From contig CAVZJB010000018.1 of NCBI GenBank assembly GCA_963775425.1, forward strand, positions 32,001-96,000: DNA of 64,000 bases. The letters are read 5' to 3'. Of this stretch, positions 27,625 to 38,105 are shown one piece after another. The DNA is from an uncultured delta proteobacterium (GTDB taxonomy: Bacteria > Myxococcota > UBA727 > VGSZ01). The translations under genes were made by a program, and so were the position numbers. Numbering within the stretch: the stretch's first letter is position 1; each line of letters opens with the position of its first letter. The notes under the pieces are model-generated. The model had not been told where the DNA came from. It saw only the letters and a list, made by a program, of their open reading frames with translations, and searched no databases.

Positions 27625-28878
27625 TCAGTCCATCGGCGCAGCGGCCGCGCGGAGCGTCTCGTCGATGATCCGCACCGGGACCTCGAGCTTCTTCGCCACG
27701 CGCGCCATGGCGTCGCGCTCCACGGGCTCCACCACGCCGTCGGCGGCGGCGATGATGGTCAGGTGCTGCACGAGCTGCGTACGCGCCAGGAGCCCGGCGT
27801 CCTCGAGCGCCTCGTCGAGCTTCTTGTCGAGCTCGCTCTCAATCTGCTCGCGCGCCGGCGGCTTGTACATGGCGTCCACACCGAGCAGCGCCGTGAGCGC
27901 CTTGAGCTCCTTTTCGTGCAGCTCGCCGTTGGCGTGCGCCACCGCCATGCCCGCGAGGAACAACACGCGGCGCATCAGGTCCGCTTGCGGCGTCTTCTCC
28001 TCGAGGTAGCTCGGCTCCATGAGCTCGAGGTCGCGCTCCACGATCGCCTCGGCGTCCTCGATCTTCAAGGCGCCGGTGAGCCCCGAGCGGCCGAGCACCT
28101 TCTCGTAGACGTCGGAGCGCGCGTACGCCACGAGCGCGCGCACGCGCAGCGGGCCGTACGGGTGGGTGGAGAAGCACTCGAGCGTGTCGTCGTCGTCGCG
28201 CGGCTTCTGGCGCGCTACCGGCGAGCTCGCCAGCGCGTCCACCTGGGACGTGTAGCTCGTCAGGTCGTCGCCGACCTCGGCGCGCGACAAGCCCGACGAC
28301 AGCTTGAGGAACGACGACGCCGCAGCGTTGAGGTCGCGGGCGCAGGCGAGGCCGGCGCGATCGGCGGAGACCTCGGCGGAGCGACACCACAGATACAGCT
28401 CGATGGAGCAGGCGCGCGAGACCAGCGGCCCCGCGAGGTCCTCGATGGTGGCCGTGAGCGGCATCGGCAAAGAGAGGTGGTCGAAGACCGCGTGGCCCAT
28501 CTCGTGGCCGATGACGAAGCGCAGCTCGGCGGGCGTGAACCCCTCGACGAGCCGCGAGGTGAGCCCCAGCGCCAGCGGCCCCACCTCCTGCTTCATGATG
28601 AAGGCGCCGTACATCGGGTCCGGCTTGATGTAGACCTCGAACGGCTCGTCGAAGCCGAGCACGTCGCGGCACTGGTCGATGGCCGAGGCGACGTCGGGCG
28701 CCATGGAGCGCGTCATGCGCAACGCACCCGTGAGCAGCCGGCGACGGCCGTAGAAGCCGTAGCCGCTGGTCTCCTCGTCGATCTTCTTGTGCGCCCGCTT
28801 GACGCCGTCGTCCGCTTCGAGCTTCTCGCGCAACGTCGAGTCACGCCGCGCCTGGATGAGGGTCTTTTCGATGCTCAT
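27625..28878 (-). CDS. M48-family Zn metalloprotease fused to a C-terminal TerB-like domain
   Basis: GHEMGH, EVSADRAG and THPY...R motifs; C-terminal ANGELHEKE and ADGVVEPVE TerB motifs. Confidence 0.88.
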   Translation of the reverse strand: MSIEKTLIQARRDSTLREKLEADDGVKRAHKKIDEETSGYGFYGRRRLLTGALRMTRSMAPDVASAIDQCRDVLGFDEPFEVYIKPDPMYGAFIMKQEVGPLALGLTSRLVEGFTPAELRFVIGHEMGHAVFDHLSLPMPLTATIEDLAGPLVSRACSIELYLWCRSAEVSADRAGLACARDLNAAASSFLKLSSGLSRAEVGDDLTSYTSQVDALASSPVARQKPRDDDDTLECFSTHPYGPLRVRALVAYARSDVYEKVLGRSGLTGALKIEDAEAIVERDLELMEPSYLEEKTPQADLMRRVLFLAGMAVAHANGELHEKELKALTALLGVDAMYKPPAREQIESELDKKLDEALEDAGLLARTQLVQHLTIIAAADGVVEPVERDAMARVAKKLEVPVRIIDETLRAAAAPMD

Positions 28879-28985
28879 GATCTCTTCTCTTCGTCGTCGG
28901 ACGCGGCCGACCCGGGCGCGCCGTCATGGCGCGACCGGGCCGTCCGCAGCGAAGCGGGGGACGAGCCCCCGCCCTACGAAACGCC

Positions 28986-29423
28986 CTACGAAGCGTACTT
29001 GTAGCCCATGACCTCGATGATCTTCTGCGCGGTGTCGTCGTCGATGCCCAGCAGACGCTGGTAGGTCTCGAGCATGGCGTCCTCGGACTCGTCGATGTCA
29101 CCCGACGACATCGCGATGTCGACGGCGAGCACGTAGAGCTTCTTCTTGAGCGCCGGCGTCGACAGCTCGCCGATGGCCTTCACGGACTCCTTGAGACCGC
29201 CGGCCTTGTTCACGATGCGCAGGCCCTGGTCGACGAGCTCGTTCCAGTCCTTGCCGTTGAACTCGGGCAGCGTGTTGTAGAGCGCCAGCACCAGCGAGCG
29301 CTCCTGATCGTCGATGGTGCCGTCGGCGCCGGCCATGAGGAGCATCCCGTGCACGAGCAGGACGTCGTCGGTCGGCTTCTTCTGCGGCTGGGTGCCGCCC
29401 ATGAGACGTGACAACAGACCCAT
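28986..29423 (-). CDS. TerB-family protein
   Basis: ADGTIDDQE and SSGDIDESE acidic motifs. Confidence 0.85.
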   Translation of the reverse strand: MGLLSRLMGGTQPQKKPTDDVLLVHGMLLMAGADGTIDDQERSLVLALYNTLPEFNGKDWNELVDQGLRIVNKAGGLKESVKAIGELSTPALKKKLYVLAVDIAMSSGDIDESEDAMLETYQRLLGIDDDTAQKIIEVMGYKYAS

Positions 29424-29450
29424 GATGTACCTCTCTTTCTGATGTGCGGT

Positions 29451-29885
29451 TCAGACCGCGTACTTGACCCCGAGGACCTCGATGACCTTCTGGGCGAAGG
29501 TGTCGTCGACGCCGAGGAGGCGCTGCATGGTCTCGAGGAGCTTGTCCTCGGACTCGTCGATGTCGCCCGACGCCATGGCGATGTCGGCGGCGAGCACGAA
29601 GCACTTCTGCTTGATGGCCCCGCTCTCGATGTCGCCGAGGGCCGCGATGCTGTTCTTCAGGTTGCCGTGCTTGGCCACGACGCGGTTGGCGTCGCTGAGG
29701 AGCTGGTCGAAGGACTTGCCCTTGAACTCCGGAAGCGTGTCGAAGAACGCCTGCACCGTGGACAGCTCCTTCTGGTCGATGGTGCCGTCGGCGCCGGCCA
29801 TGAGGAGCATGCCGTGCAGGAGGAGGACGTCGTCGGTGGCCTTCTTGGCCGGCTGCGATCCGGTGAGACGCGAAAGGAGACCCAT
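29451..29885 (-). CDS. TerB-family protein (paralog of 28986-29423)
   Basis: ADGTIDQKE and ASGDIDESE motifs; closely similar to its neighbour. Confidence 0.85.
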   Translation of the reverse strand: MGLLSRLTGSQPAKKATDDVLLLHGMLLMAGADGTIDQKELSTVQAFFDTLPEFKGKSFDQLLSDANRVVAKHGNLKNSIAALGDIESGAIKQKCFVLAADIAMASGDIDESEDKLLETMQRLLGVDDTFAQKVIEVLGVKYAV

Positions 29886-30085
29886 GGTGTTTTCCTCTGA
29901 AAGCCCGTGATTGAGCGGGCGGAACGTAGGCCCGCCGCAGGGCCGGGATCAAGCCGGTCGACCCTCGTCGCGCCCGCGGGATCGTGTCCCGCGTCATCAT
30001 GCGTGCGCAGCGTGCGCTCCGAGGAGGCCGGGCCCCGGTCCGGGCCGCCCGTGCCCCGGCTCCCGGACATCGTTAGCATGGCGGC

Positions 30086-30610
30086 GTGGCAGCCCTCCCC
30101 GCCGCCCTGCGGAAGCTCTGGCGCCGGCGCCCCGTGCGCTGGGCCGTCGATCTCGCCCTCGTCGCCGCCGTCTTCCTCGGCGTCTCCGCGTGGCAGTCCC
30201 GCCACGCCGTACGCGGCCACGCGCCCGCGTACACGCTGCGCACGCTCGACGGCGCCACCGTCGACGGCGACGATCTGCAGGGGAAGCCGACGGTGCTCGT
30301 GTTCTGGGCGCCCTGGTGCACCGTCTGCCGCGCCGAGTCCGGCAACGTCTCCTCGCTGCAGTCGCTCGCCGGCAGCCGCGCCCACGTCGTGTCCATCGCC
30401 TCCGACTACGAGCGCGTCGACGACGTCGCCGCGTACGTGAAGAGCCGCGGCGTCGACTACCCCGTGCTCCTCGGCGGCAGACACACCGCCCGTGCGTTCC
30501 ACGTGAGCGCGTTTCCCACCATCTACTTCCTCGACGAAAACGGCGACGTCCGCCACGCCGTCACCGGCTACACCACCGTCGCCGGCCTGGCCTGGCGCAC
30601 GTTCCTCTGA
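30086..30610 (+). CDS. TlpA/ResA-like membrane thioredoxin
   Basis: N-terminal TM, FWAPWCTVC, FPT cis-Pro motif. Confidence 0.88.
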   Translation: MAALPAALRKLWRRRPVRWAVDLALVAAVFLGVSAWQSRHAVRGHAPAYTLRTLDGATVDGDDLQGKPTVLVFWAPWCTVCRAESGNVSSLQSLAGSRAHVVSIASDYERVDDVAAYVKSRGVDYPVLLGGRHTARAFHVSAFPTIYFLDENGDVRHAVTGYTTVAGLAWRTFL

Positions 30611-30619
30611 GCCACGTCG

Positions 30620-32080
30620 TCAGCCGCGCTCGCTCAAGATCTTGAGCGCCTCGCTCTTGCGCGAGGACTTGTCGGCGAGCACGTCGGGCGCGATGACGTA
30701 GTGCTGCGCGAGCTTGTCGAGGTAGTCGAGCTGGACCTCGGTGCCCGTGGTGACGAAGACGCCGCACAGCGTGGCCTTGGACTTGAGCCCCTCGACGACG
30801 CGCGGATCGATCTGGCAGCGGCCGTGCGTGATGAACGTGACCACGACCTCCTTGGGGCTCTCGCGCATGATGCGCGCGAGCTCGCGCTCGAGCTCCGTGA
30901 ACACGCGCGTGGTGTTGCGGCCGCGCTCGCTGCGGAAGCACAACAGGTACGGGATGCGCAGCCGCGACGACGTCAGCTCCTGGCGCTCGTACAGCCGCGA
31001 GTCGAAGAAGCGCAGCCAGACGTCCTCGCCGCGCAGGGTCATCTTCTTGGCCAGCGCGAGCGCCAGGCCGCGCGCGAACACCGTGCGCAGGCCGCGCATG
31101 GAGGCGCTCGCGTCGACGAGGATGTAGTGCAGGCGCTCCTTCTGCGTGTCCTGCTTTTCGCGCCCGTAATAAAACAGCTCGTTGTTGGCGAAGCGGCGGT
31201 CGAACAGGTCGTCCTCGAACGCCAGCTCGCTCGGCAACAGCGAGTCGAGCGAGCCCTGGGTCTCGATGGAGGCGTAGCCGTCGATGGAGAACGTCTGCAC
31301 CCCCGAGCTCTTCTTGGTCTCGAGCACGGACGGGATGAGGTCGAGCGAGAAGTTGGCGATGTCGTGTGCGGCGGGCGTGGCGAGGACGCGATAGAGGTCG
31401 AGGAGGTCAGCGCCGTCGGCGCCGAGGCCGCCGTCGCCCTTGAACATCTCGAGGAGCTTGAGCGTGTCGAGATCGATCTGCTCGAGCGCCACGCGGATGC
31501 GCGTGCGCGCGTCGACCAGCGTGGAGATGACGCCGAGCACCTCCTCGACGAGGCTGGCGTTCACGTAGTGGGCGGGCTCGATCTCCTGATAGGTCTGCAC
31601 GGTCAGGGGCAGCTTGCGGTTGTGCCCCTTGCGCACCACGGACTGCTGGACGGGCTCGATGACCTTGGCGATGACGGCCGCGAGCAGCTCGTCCTGCAGC
31701 CCGCCGGTGGACGCCTTCTGGCACAGCTCGCTGCGCGCGAGGTCGACGAGCAGGTCGCCGTAGCCCTGCAGCTTGCGCTGCGCGGCGGCGTCGAGGCGGA
31801 GGGCGCCGCGGTCGACGGCGATGCGCAAGGAGCGCTCGCGCGCCCCGAGCTGGACGCCGCTGCCCACCTGCTGCGTCAGCAACAGACCGAGGTCGTGCAC
31901 GACGAAGAACGGCAGCCCGAGGCCGAGGCCGTCGAGCAGGTTGTGCCAGTGCGCGGCGCGCACCATGACCATGGGGTTGTCGCCGATGACGCGCGAGAAC
32001 GTCACCGACGCCAGCTCGCGCTCGACGGCGTGGGGATCGACCTCGAAGACGGTGGCGGCGACCACGATGTCCTCTAGCAT
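30620..32080 (-). CDS. VWA domain-containing protein (ViaA/MoxR-partner-like)
   Basis: LLPSELA..LF.RRF..EL.YY.RE pre-VWA motif, DASASM MIDAS, FFDS. Confidence 0.8.
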   Translation of the reverse strand: MLEDIVVAATVFEVDPHAVERELASVTFSRVIGDNPMVMVRAAHWHNLLDGLGLGLPFFVVHDLGLLLTQQVGSGVQLGARERSLRIAVDRGALRLDAAAQRKLQGYGDLLVDLARSELCQKASTGGLQDELLAAVIAKVIEPVQQSVVRKGHNRKLPLTVQTYQEIEPAHYVNASLVEEVLGVISTLVDARTRIRVALEQIDLDTLKLLEMFKGDGGLGADGADLLDLYRVLATPAAHDIANFSLDLIPSVLETKKSSGVQTFSIDGYASIETQGSLDSLLPSELAFEDDLFDRRFANNELFYYGREKQDTQKERLHYILVDASASMRGLRTVFARGLALALAKKMTLRGEDVWLRFFDSRLYERQELTSSRLRIPYLLCFRSERGRNTTRVFTELERELARIMRESPKEVVVTFITHGRCQIDPRVVEGLKSKATLCGVFVTTGTEVQLDYLDKLAQHYVIAPDVLADKSSRKSEALKILSERG

Positions 32081-32146
32081 GCCGGCGGGGCGCGATCACG
32101 CACGACGACGTGCCCGCGCGCGGGCGCGCCGCTACACTCGAGCCCC

Positions 32147-32611
32147 GTGAGGCTCCTGTTCGTCTGCCTCGGCAACATCTGCCGCTCGCCCACCGCCGAG
32201 GGCGTGGTGCGCAAGCTCGCCGCCGACGCCGGCCTCGACGTCGAGGTCGACTCCTGCGGCACCGCCGGCTACCACGTCGGCGAGGCGCCCGACGCGCGCA
32301 CCATCGCGCACGCGCGGCGCCGCGGCTACGACCTCTCGCGGCTGCGCGCGCGCCAGATGACCGCCGGCGACTTCACGGCGTTCGATCGCATCTACGCGAT
32401 GGACCACGACAACCTCCGCCGGCTGCGCGGGCTCGCGCCCGACGGGCACGCGCACAAGCTCTCGCTGTTCCTCGACGTCCCCGGCGCCCCCGGCGGCGCC
32501 GTCCCCGACCCGTGGGCAGGCGGGCCCGAGGGCTTCGAGCAGGTGCTCGACCTGTGCGAAGCCGGCGCGCGCGCCCTGCTCGCCTCCCTGGCGGGCCCCG
32601 GCCCTGGCTGA
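32147..32611 (+). CDS. Low-molecular-weight protein-tyrosine phosphatase
   Basis: VCLGNICRSP, DSCGT..YH and VPDPW motifs. Confidence 0.95.
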   Translation: MRLLFVCLGNICRSPTAEGVVRKLAADAGLDVEVDSCGTAGYHVGEAPDARTIAHARRRGYDLSRLRARQMTAGDFTAFDRIYAMDHDNLRRLRGLAPDGHAHKLSLFLDVPGAPGGAVPDPWAGGPEGFEQVLDLCEAGARALLASLAGPGPG

Positions 32612-32614
32612 GCC

Positions 32615-33586
32615 GTGTACCCGCCGCTCGCCCTGCCCCCTGCCCCGCCCCTCGACGACGATGACGCCGCGCGCGCGTTGCGCCACGCGCTCGACGCCGA
32701 CAACCCCGAGGCCGAGCGCGTCGGCGCCGTCCACGCCTTGCGCGGCGCGCCCAATCCCTTCGCCGCCGGCCGCGCCCTCGCCGGCACGCTGAACGAGCCG
32801 CTGTTGTGGCTCGGCAGCGAGGTGCTCGCGTGCCTCGACCCGCGCATCGCTGTCGGCGTCGACGGGCGCGGGCGCATCACCGCCAGCCCGCGGCCCTTCG
32901 ACGAGCTCGAGAGCGACGGCGACGGCGAGCGCTTCTGCGCCAATCTCGGCGTGCGCGTCGTCCCCGTCCGGCACGCCCCCCGGCTCGCCGCCGGGCTCCC
33001 GGAGGCGCCGGCGTGGCTCACCGCGCCGCCGCACGGCATGGCGTTCCTCGTCGTCCACCGGGGCGCGCGCGCGCCGTCGTCCGTCGCCGTCGTCGGCCCG
33101 GCCGGCACCGCGGTCGTCGCGGGGCGCCATCGCGACGTCGAGGTCGTCATCCAGAGCTCCGACGTGGCCCGCCGTCACGCGCGCTTCGTCGTCAACGGCG
33201 GAAGGCTCATCGTCGCGGACCTCGGGTCGACCAACGGCACGCAGGTGAACGAGCGGCGCATCCGCGCGCCGGAGGTGTTGCGCGCCGGCGACGTCGTCGC
33301 GCCCGGCGCCGGACACACCTTCATCGTCGTCGACACGGTCGTCGGCGTCGACGAGCGCGGGGCGCGGCGGCACGCCAGGCTTCGTGACGGCGCGGGGCCG
33401 CTGCCGTTCCCGCGCGGGGCCGTCGACCCGCTCGGCGATCGCCACGTCGTCCACCTCGGCGAGGGCCGCTGCGGCGTGGTGCGCTACAATCCGCCGGCGG
33501 CCGTGGAGCTCCCCGCCCCCGGCGGCGAGGCGCTCGGTGTGCGCGTCGTCGACGACGGCCGCAGCGTCGACGTCGGCCTCCGCTAG
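32615..33586 (+). CDS. FHA domain-containing protein
   Basis: GR....VARRHA...DLGSTNGT.VN. Confidence 0.8.
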   Translation: MYPPLALPPAPPLDDDDAARALRHALDADNPEAERVGAVHALRGAPNPFAAGRALAGTLNEPLLWLGSEVLACLDPRIAVGVDGRGRITASPRPFDELESDGDGERFCANLGVRVVPVRHAPRLAAGLPEAPAWLTAPPHGMAFLVVHRGARAPSSVAVVGPAGTAVVAGRHRDVEVVIQSSDVARRHARFVVNGGRLIVADLGSTNGTQVNERRIRAPEVLRAGDVVAPGAGHTFIVVDTVVGVDERGARRHARLRDGAGPLPFPRGAVDPLGDRHVVHLGEGRCGVVRYNPPAAVELPAPGGEALGVRVVDDGRSVDVGLR

Positions 33587-33644
33587 GCGCGGCGGAGACG
33601 TCACGCTTGGCACGGGCGGCCTCAGCTTGTAAGTCCAAGGGACC

Positions 33645-35501
33645 GTGGCCTCCCTCCCGCCCTTCCTCGACGCGCTCGCGCAAGGCCCCCTGGTCTTCGA
33701 CGGGGCCATGGGCACGCAGCTGTACGACCGGGGCGGCGCGCTCAACAAGTGCTTCGACGAGATGTGCGTGTCGGCGCCGCACGTGGTGGCGGCGGTGCAC
33801 CGCGACTACGTCGACGTCGGCGCCGACGTCGTCCAGACCAACACCTACGGCGCCAACCGCTTCGCCCTCGGGCCCCACGGGCTGAGCGAGCGCGTCGCCG
33901 AGATCTGCTCGTCGGCGGTGCGCGTGGCGCGCGAGACGGTCCGCGATCGGGCCTGGATCGCCGGCTCCATCGGCCCCACGGGGCTGTTGCCCAAGGACCT
34001 CATCCGCAACAAGACGCGCCGCCTCGCGTTCGACGCGCTCCGGGAGCAGGCGCAGGCCCTCGCCGACGGCGGCTGCAATCTGTTGTCGTTCGAGACCTTC
34101 GGCTACCTCGGCGAGCTCGAGATCGCGGTGGAGGCCGCGTACGGCGTCGAGGTGCCCATCGTCGCCCAGTGCACCTTCGGCGAGGACCTGCTCACCACCG
34201 ACGGCGCGTCCCCCGAGGAGGTGGTGGAGCGCCTGGTGGCCCTCGGCGTCGACGTCGTCGGCGCCAATTGCTCGCTCGGACCCGAGCGCATGCTCGCGGT
34301 GGCCGAGCAGATGGTGGGCCGCGGGCTCCCCGTGATCTTGCGGCCGAACGCCGGCTACCCGCGCGTCGTCGACGGGCGCTCCATCTACCTGAGCTCGCCC
34401 GAGACCTACGGCGTGTGCGCGCGGCGCGCGTTCAAGCTCGGCGTGGCCGCCGTGGGCGGCTGCTGCGGCACGGGGCCCGACCACATCCGCCGCGTGGTGG
34501 CGTCGGCGCGCATGCTCGGCGGCGGGCGCTTCCGGCGGCCCACCGTGCAGGCGCGCACCGGCGAGGGGCCCGCGCTGGCCGACAGGGCGGGGCAGGCGCC
34601 GGTGCCGCTCGTCGAGCGCAGCGCGTTCGGCAAGAAGATCGCCGAGGGCAAGTTCGTGGTCTCGGTCGAGGTGTCGCCGCCCGCGGGGCTCGATCCGGCG
34701 CGCGCGCTCGAGCGCATCAAGCTGCTCGAAGACGGCGGCGTCGACGTCGTCAACATCCCCGACGGCCCGCGCGCCACGGTGCGCATGTCCAACCAGGCGA
34801 TGGCCCGCTGCGTGCGCGACCGCTTTTCGAAGATCGAGCCGCTCTTGCACGTGTGCGGCCGCGACCGGAACCTGCTCGGGCTGCAGGCGGACCTCATCGG
34901 CGCCCACGTCCACGGCATCAAGAACCTCGTCGTCATCACCGGCAATCCGCCCAAGGTCGGCGACTACCCCGACGCCACCGCCGTGTTCGACCTCGACAGC
35001 ATCGGCATCCTCGGCCTCGCCAACGGCTTGAACCGCGGCCTCGACCCGGCGGGCAAGCCCATGGGAGAGCGCACCCGCTTCGTGCTCGCCACCGGGGCGG
35101 AGCCGGCGGCGCTCGACTTCGACCGTGAGATCAAGCGGCTGCACGAAAAGCGCGACGCCGGCGCCGAGCTCGTGCTCACGCAGCCGGTGTTCGACCCGAG
35201 CACGCTCGAGCGCTTCCTCGACGCCACGCGCGACCTCGGCCTGCCCATCGTCCTCGGTGTGTTGCCGCTCGCGTCCAGCAGGAACGCCGAGTTCCTGCAC
35301 GAGAACGTCCCGGGCATGCGCATCCCCGACGAGGTCCGCGCGCGCATGAAGAGCGCGGGCGAGGGCAAGGCGGCGGCGCAGGAGGGCGTGAAGATCGCCG
35401 CCGAGGCCCTCGGCGCCTTCAAGAAGCGCGTGCAGGGCGCGTACTTCATGCCGCCCTTCGGCCGCGTCGAGCTCGCCCTCGAGGTCCTCGCCCGCATCTG
35501 A
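33645..35501 (+). CDS. yitJ: Bifunctional homocysteine S-methyltransferase / methylenetetrahydrofolate reductase (YitJ-type)
   Basis: DGAMGT, GANC, PNAG and GGCCGT motifs, then an MTHFR domain (RDRN, TQP). Confidence 0.92.
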   Translation: MASLPPFLDALAQGPLVFDGAMGTQLYDRGGALNKCFDEMCVSAPHVVAAVHRDYVDVGADVVQTNTYGANRFALGPHGLSERVAEICSSAVRVARETVRDRAWIAGSIGPTGLLPKDLIRNKTRRLAFDALREQAQALADGGCNLLSFETFGYLGELEIAVEAAYGVEVPIVAQCTFGEDLLTTDGASPEEVVERLVALGVDVVGANCSLGPERMLAVAEQMVGRGLPVILRPNAGYPRVVDGRSIYLSSPETYGVCARRAFKLGVAAVGGCCGTGPDHIRRVVASARMLGGGRFRRPTVQARTGEGPALADRAGQAPVPLVERSAFGKKIAEGKFVVSVEVSPPAGLDPARALERIKLLEDGGVDVVNIPDGPRATVRMSNQAMARCVRDRFSKIEPLLHVCGRDRNLLGLQADLIGAHVHGIKNLVVITGNPPKVGDYPDATAVFDLDSIGILGLANGLNRGLDPAGKPMGERTRFVLATGAEPAALDFDREIKRLHEKRDAGAELVLTQPVFDPSTLERFLDATRDLGLPIVLGVLPLASSRNAEFLHENVPGMRIPDEVRARMKSAGEGKAAAQEGVKIAAEALGAFKKRVQGAYFMPPFGRVELALEVLARI

Positions 35502-35602
35502 GCGCAGTCAAGTGTGACGGCAACCGTCTCCGCCAGCGGGCCGATGCCCGGGCGCGGTCCCTCCGAGGAAGGGCTGATGATCGAGGGGCGCATGCGCTGC
35601 GC

Positions 35603-36952
35603 ATGCTGCGCCGCATGGACAAGCGCGCCCCCTCCCTCCGCTCCCCGATCGCTCGCTGCCTGCCGGCCATCGCCGTCGCCGTCGTGGGGCTCGCGCCCGC
35701 GTGCGTGAACGAGGTCGACGACGGCGCCGACGGCTTCGAGCCCATCGACCTGCGCGACAACGTCGAGCTGCAGGGCCTGGTGGACTGCACCGAGCGCGGC
35801 GACACCGGCTACACGCACGGCAGCTCCTTCGCCATCGACGTCGTCACCGTCGACGGCCGCCCGGTGGAGGTGGCCACGGCCAACGCGTACGTCGCCATGC
35901 AGCGCGCGGCCGCCGACGACGGCATCTCGCTGCGGATCGTCAGCGGCTTCCGCACCATGGCGGAGCAGCAGCACCTCTACTCCTGCTACGTGAACTGCAG
36001 TTGCAACTCGTGCAACCTCGCGGCGCGCCCGGGCTACAGCAACCACCAAAGCGGCCACGCGCTCGACCTCAACGCGAGCGACTCCGGCGTGTCGTCGTGG
36101 CTGTCGCACAACGCGAGCCGCTTCGGCTTCTCGCGCACGGTCCCGTCCGAGAGCTGGCACTACGAGTGGTGGGGGAACGCCGCGGACTTCGCCGGCCCCT
36201 GCGGCGTCGCCGTGGACAACGGCGGCGACGTCGCCGCGGACACCTGCGCGCCCCTCGACGCCGGCGGCGGCACCATCGACGACGGCGACAACTGCTTCGA
36301 GCCCGGCGGCCCCTCGCAGTACCTGCGCGCGGTGAACGTCGGCAACGACGGCGACCTGCTGTGGACGGGCACCACCAATCACGCGAGCGCCGTGAGCTTC
36401 GCGGTGTGGCACCTCGACCTCGCCGAAGCGGGGCAGTACCGCGTGGAGGCGTTCGTGCAGGGGAGCGTGGCGACGTCGACGCAGACGAAGTACGTGGTGG
36501 CCCACGCGGGCTCGACGTCGTCGGTGGTGGTGGACCAGACGGGCGCCGATCGCTGGGTGGACCTCGGCACCTTCGACTTCGACGCCGGCGGCGCGCAGCG
36601 CGTGCGCGTCGATGACAACACCGGCGAGGCGGGCAGCAGCCACAAGAAGATCGTCTTCGACGCCGTTCGCCTCACGCGCATCGACGGCCAGAGCGTGGAC
36701 CCGAGCCCGCCTCCGGCGGACCCCTGCCCGTACGTCGAGGTCACCACCAACGGCGGTTCCTTGAACGTGCGGCGCGACCCGAACACGCAGCAGGCCGCCG
36801 TCGGCTCCCTCGACGACGGCGTCACCGTGCGCGCGCTGGCGACGGTGAGCGGGCAGAGCGTCGGGGGGAACACCGACTGGCACCGCATCCAGACCGCGAG
36901 CCTCACCGGCTACATCTCGGGCGCGTTCGCCACCTGCCGCGACGCCCCCTAG
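35603..36952 (+). CDS. M15B (VanY-like) D,D-carboxypeptidase lipoprotein with a beta-sandwich (golvesin/CBM-like) and a C-terminal SH3b domain
   Basis: SGFRT..EQ, PGYSNHQSGHALD and ESWH motifs; WVDLGTF..FDAVRL; LNVRRDP..GYIS; start may be 35615. Confidence 0.85.
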   Translation: MLRRMDKRAPSLRSPIARCLPAIAVAVVGLAPACVNEVDDGADGFEPIDLRDNVELQGLVDCTERGDTGYTHGSSFAIDVVTVDGRPVEVATANAYVAMQRAAADDGISLRIVSGFRTMAEQQHLYSCYVNCSCNSCNLAARPGYSNHQSGHALDLNASDSGVSSWLSHNASRFGFSRTVPSESWHYEWWGNAADFAGPCGVAVDNGGDVAADTCAPLDAGGGTIDDGDNCFEPGGPSQYLRAVNVGNDGDLLWTGTTNHASAVSFAVWHLDLAEAGQYRVEAFVQGSVATSTQTKYVVAHAGSTSSVVVDQTGADRWVDLGTFDFDAGGAQRVRVDDNTGEAGSSHKKIVFDAVRLTRIDGQSVDPSPPPADPCPYVEVTTNGGSLNVRRDPNTQQAAVGSLDDGVTVRALATVSGQSVGGNTDWHRIQTASLTGYISGAFATCRDAP

Positions 36953-37027
36953 CGTTTCCGCTCGCCGTTCCCCTGCGACGCGCGCCCAACGCGCGCGGCT
37001 CAGGCAGCGCGGTGCTATAGGGCGCGC

Positions 37028-38071
37028 GTGGCCCCCTGGAACGCCTCCGCACGCTTCCCCCGCACCTTCACCGGGCTCGCCGACCTCGCGCGGCTGCCCT
37101 GGTTCGAGGTGCGCGACGGCCGGCTCGTCGTCGTCGACCCGTCGGTCGCGCGCGCCGTCGACATGCACACGCACCTGGCGCTCAGCTACATCCGCCCGCC
37201 CGTCGTCGACCTCACGGCGCGGCACGCGCAAGTGGAGCACTACCTGCCCGCGGACGCGCCGCTCGACTTCGACGTCTACGTGAACCGCAACTTCCGCCCC
37301 GACGACCTGCGCAAGATGAGCCGCGACCTCACCCTCGGCTCGGTGACGAGCGGCGGCATGCGGCGCACGCACACGGTGCCGAACCTGGTGCGTGAGATGG
37401 GCGAGCTGTCCATCACGCGCTCGGTGTTGCTGCCCATCGAGTGGCCGCAGCCGCTCTCGGAGAACACACGCAGCTTCGTCCGCGCCGTGAACGACTGCCG
37501 CGCCGGCGACAGCATGATCTGCTTCGGCTCCATCCACCCCTATACGCCGCGGATGCGCGCGCAGCTCGACGAGCAGGTGCGCCTCGGCGTGCGCGGCATC
37601 AAGGTCCACCCCGCGGTGCAGCTCGTCCGGCCCGACGACCGCCGCGCCATGAAGCTCTACCGGCTCTGCGCCGAGCGCGGGCTGCCCGTGCTCTGGCACT
37701 GCGGCCCCGTCGACATCGAGCCGCGCCTCGGCCGCTACCTGTCCCAGGTGCGCCACTACGAGCGCGCCGTCGCCGAGTCCCCGCAGACCACCTTCGTGCT
37801 CGGCCACTCGGGCGCGCTGCAGATGGACCGGGCCGTCGAGATCGCCCGGCGCTACCCGAACGTGTGGATGGAGCTGTCGAGCCAGTCGGCGCCGAACATC
37901 GACAAGCTCCTCGAGCAGCTCGGCGAGGACCGCCTGCTGTTCGGCTCGGACTGGCCCTTCTATCACCAGGCGATCCCGCTCGCGAAGGTGCTGATGGTCA
38001 CCGACGGCCACGCCGCCGCCCGCGACAAGCTGCTGTTCGGCAACGCCGCTCGCCTGCTGCGCCTCGCGTGA
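37028..38071 (+). CDS. Amidohydrolase_2-family metal-dependent hydrolase
   Basis: DMHTH, GIKVHP, WHCG, GHSG and LFGSDWP motifs. Confidence 0.9.
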   Translation: MAPWNASARFPRTFTGLADLARLPWFEVRDGRLVVVDPSVARAVDMHTHLALSYIRPPVVDLTARHAQVEHYLPADAPLDFDVYVNRNFRPDDLRKMSRDLTLGSVTSGGMRRTHTVPNLVREMGELSITRSVLLPIEWPQPLSENTRSFVRAVNDCRAGDSMICFGSIHPYTPRMRAQLDEQVRLGVRGIKVHPAVQLVRPDDRRAMKLYRLCAERGLPVLWHCGPVDIEPRLGRYLSQVRHYERAVAESPQTTFVLGHSGALQMDRAVEIARRYPNVWMELSSQSAPNIDKLLEQLGEDRLLFGSDWPFYHQAIPLAKVLMVTDGHAAARDKLLFGNAARLLRLA

Positions 38072-38105
38072 AGCGCGCTCCGGGCCGGGCAGCGGCGACG
38101 GCGCC

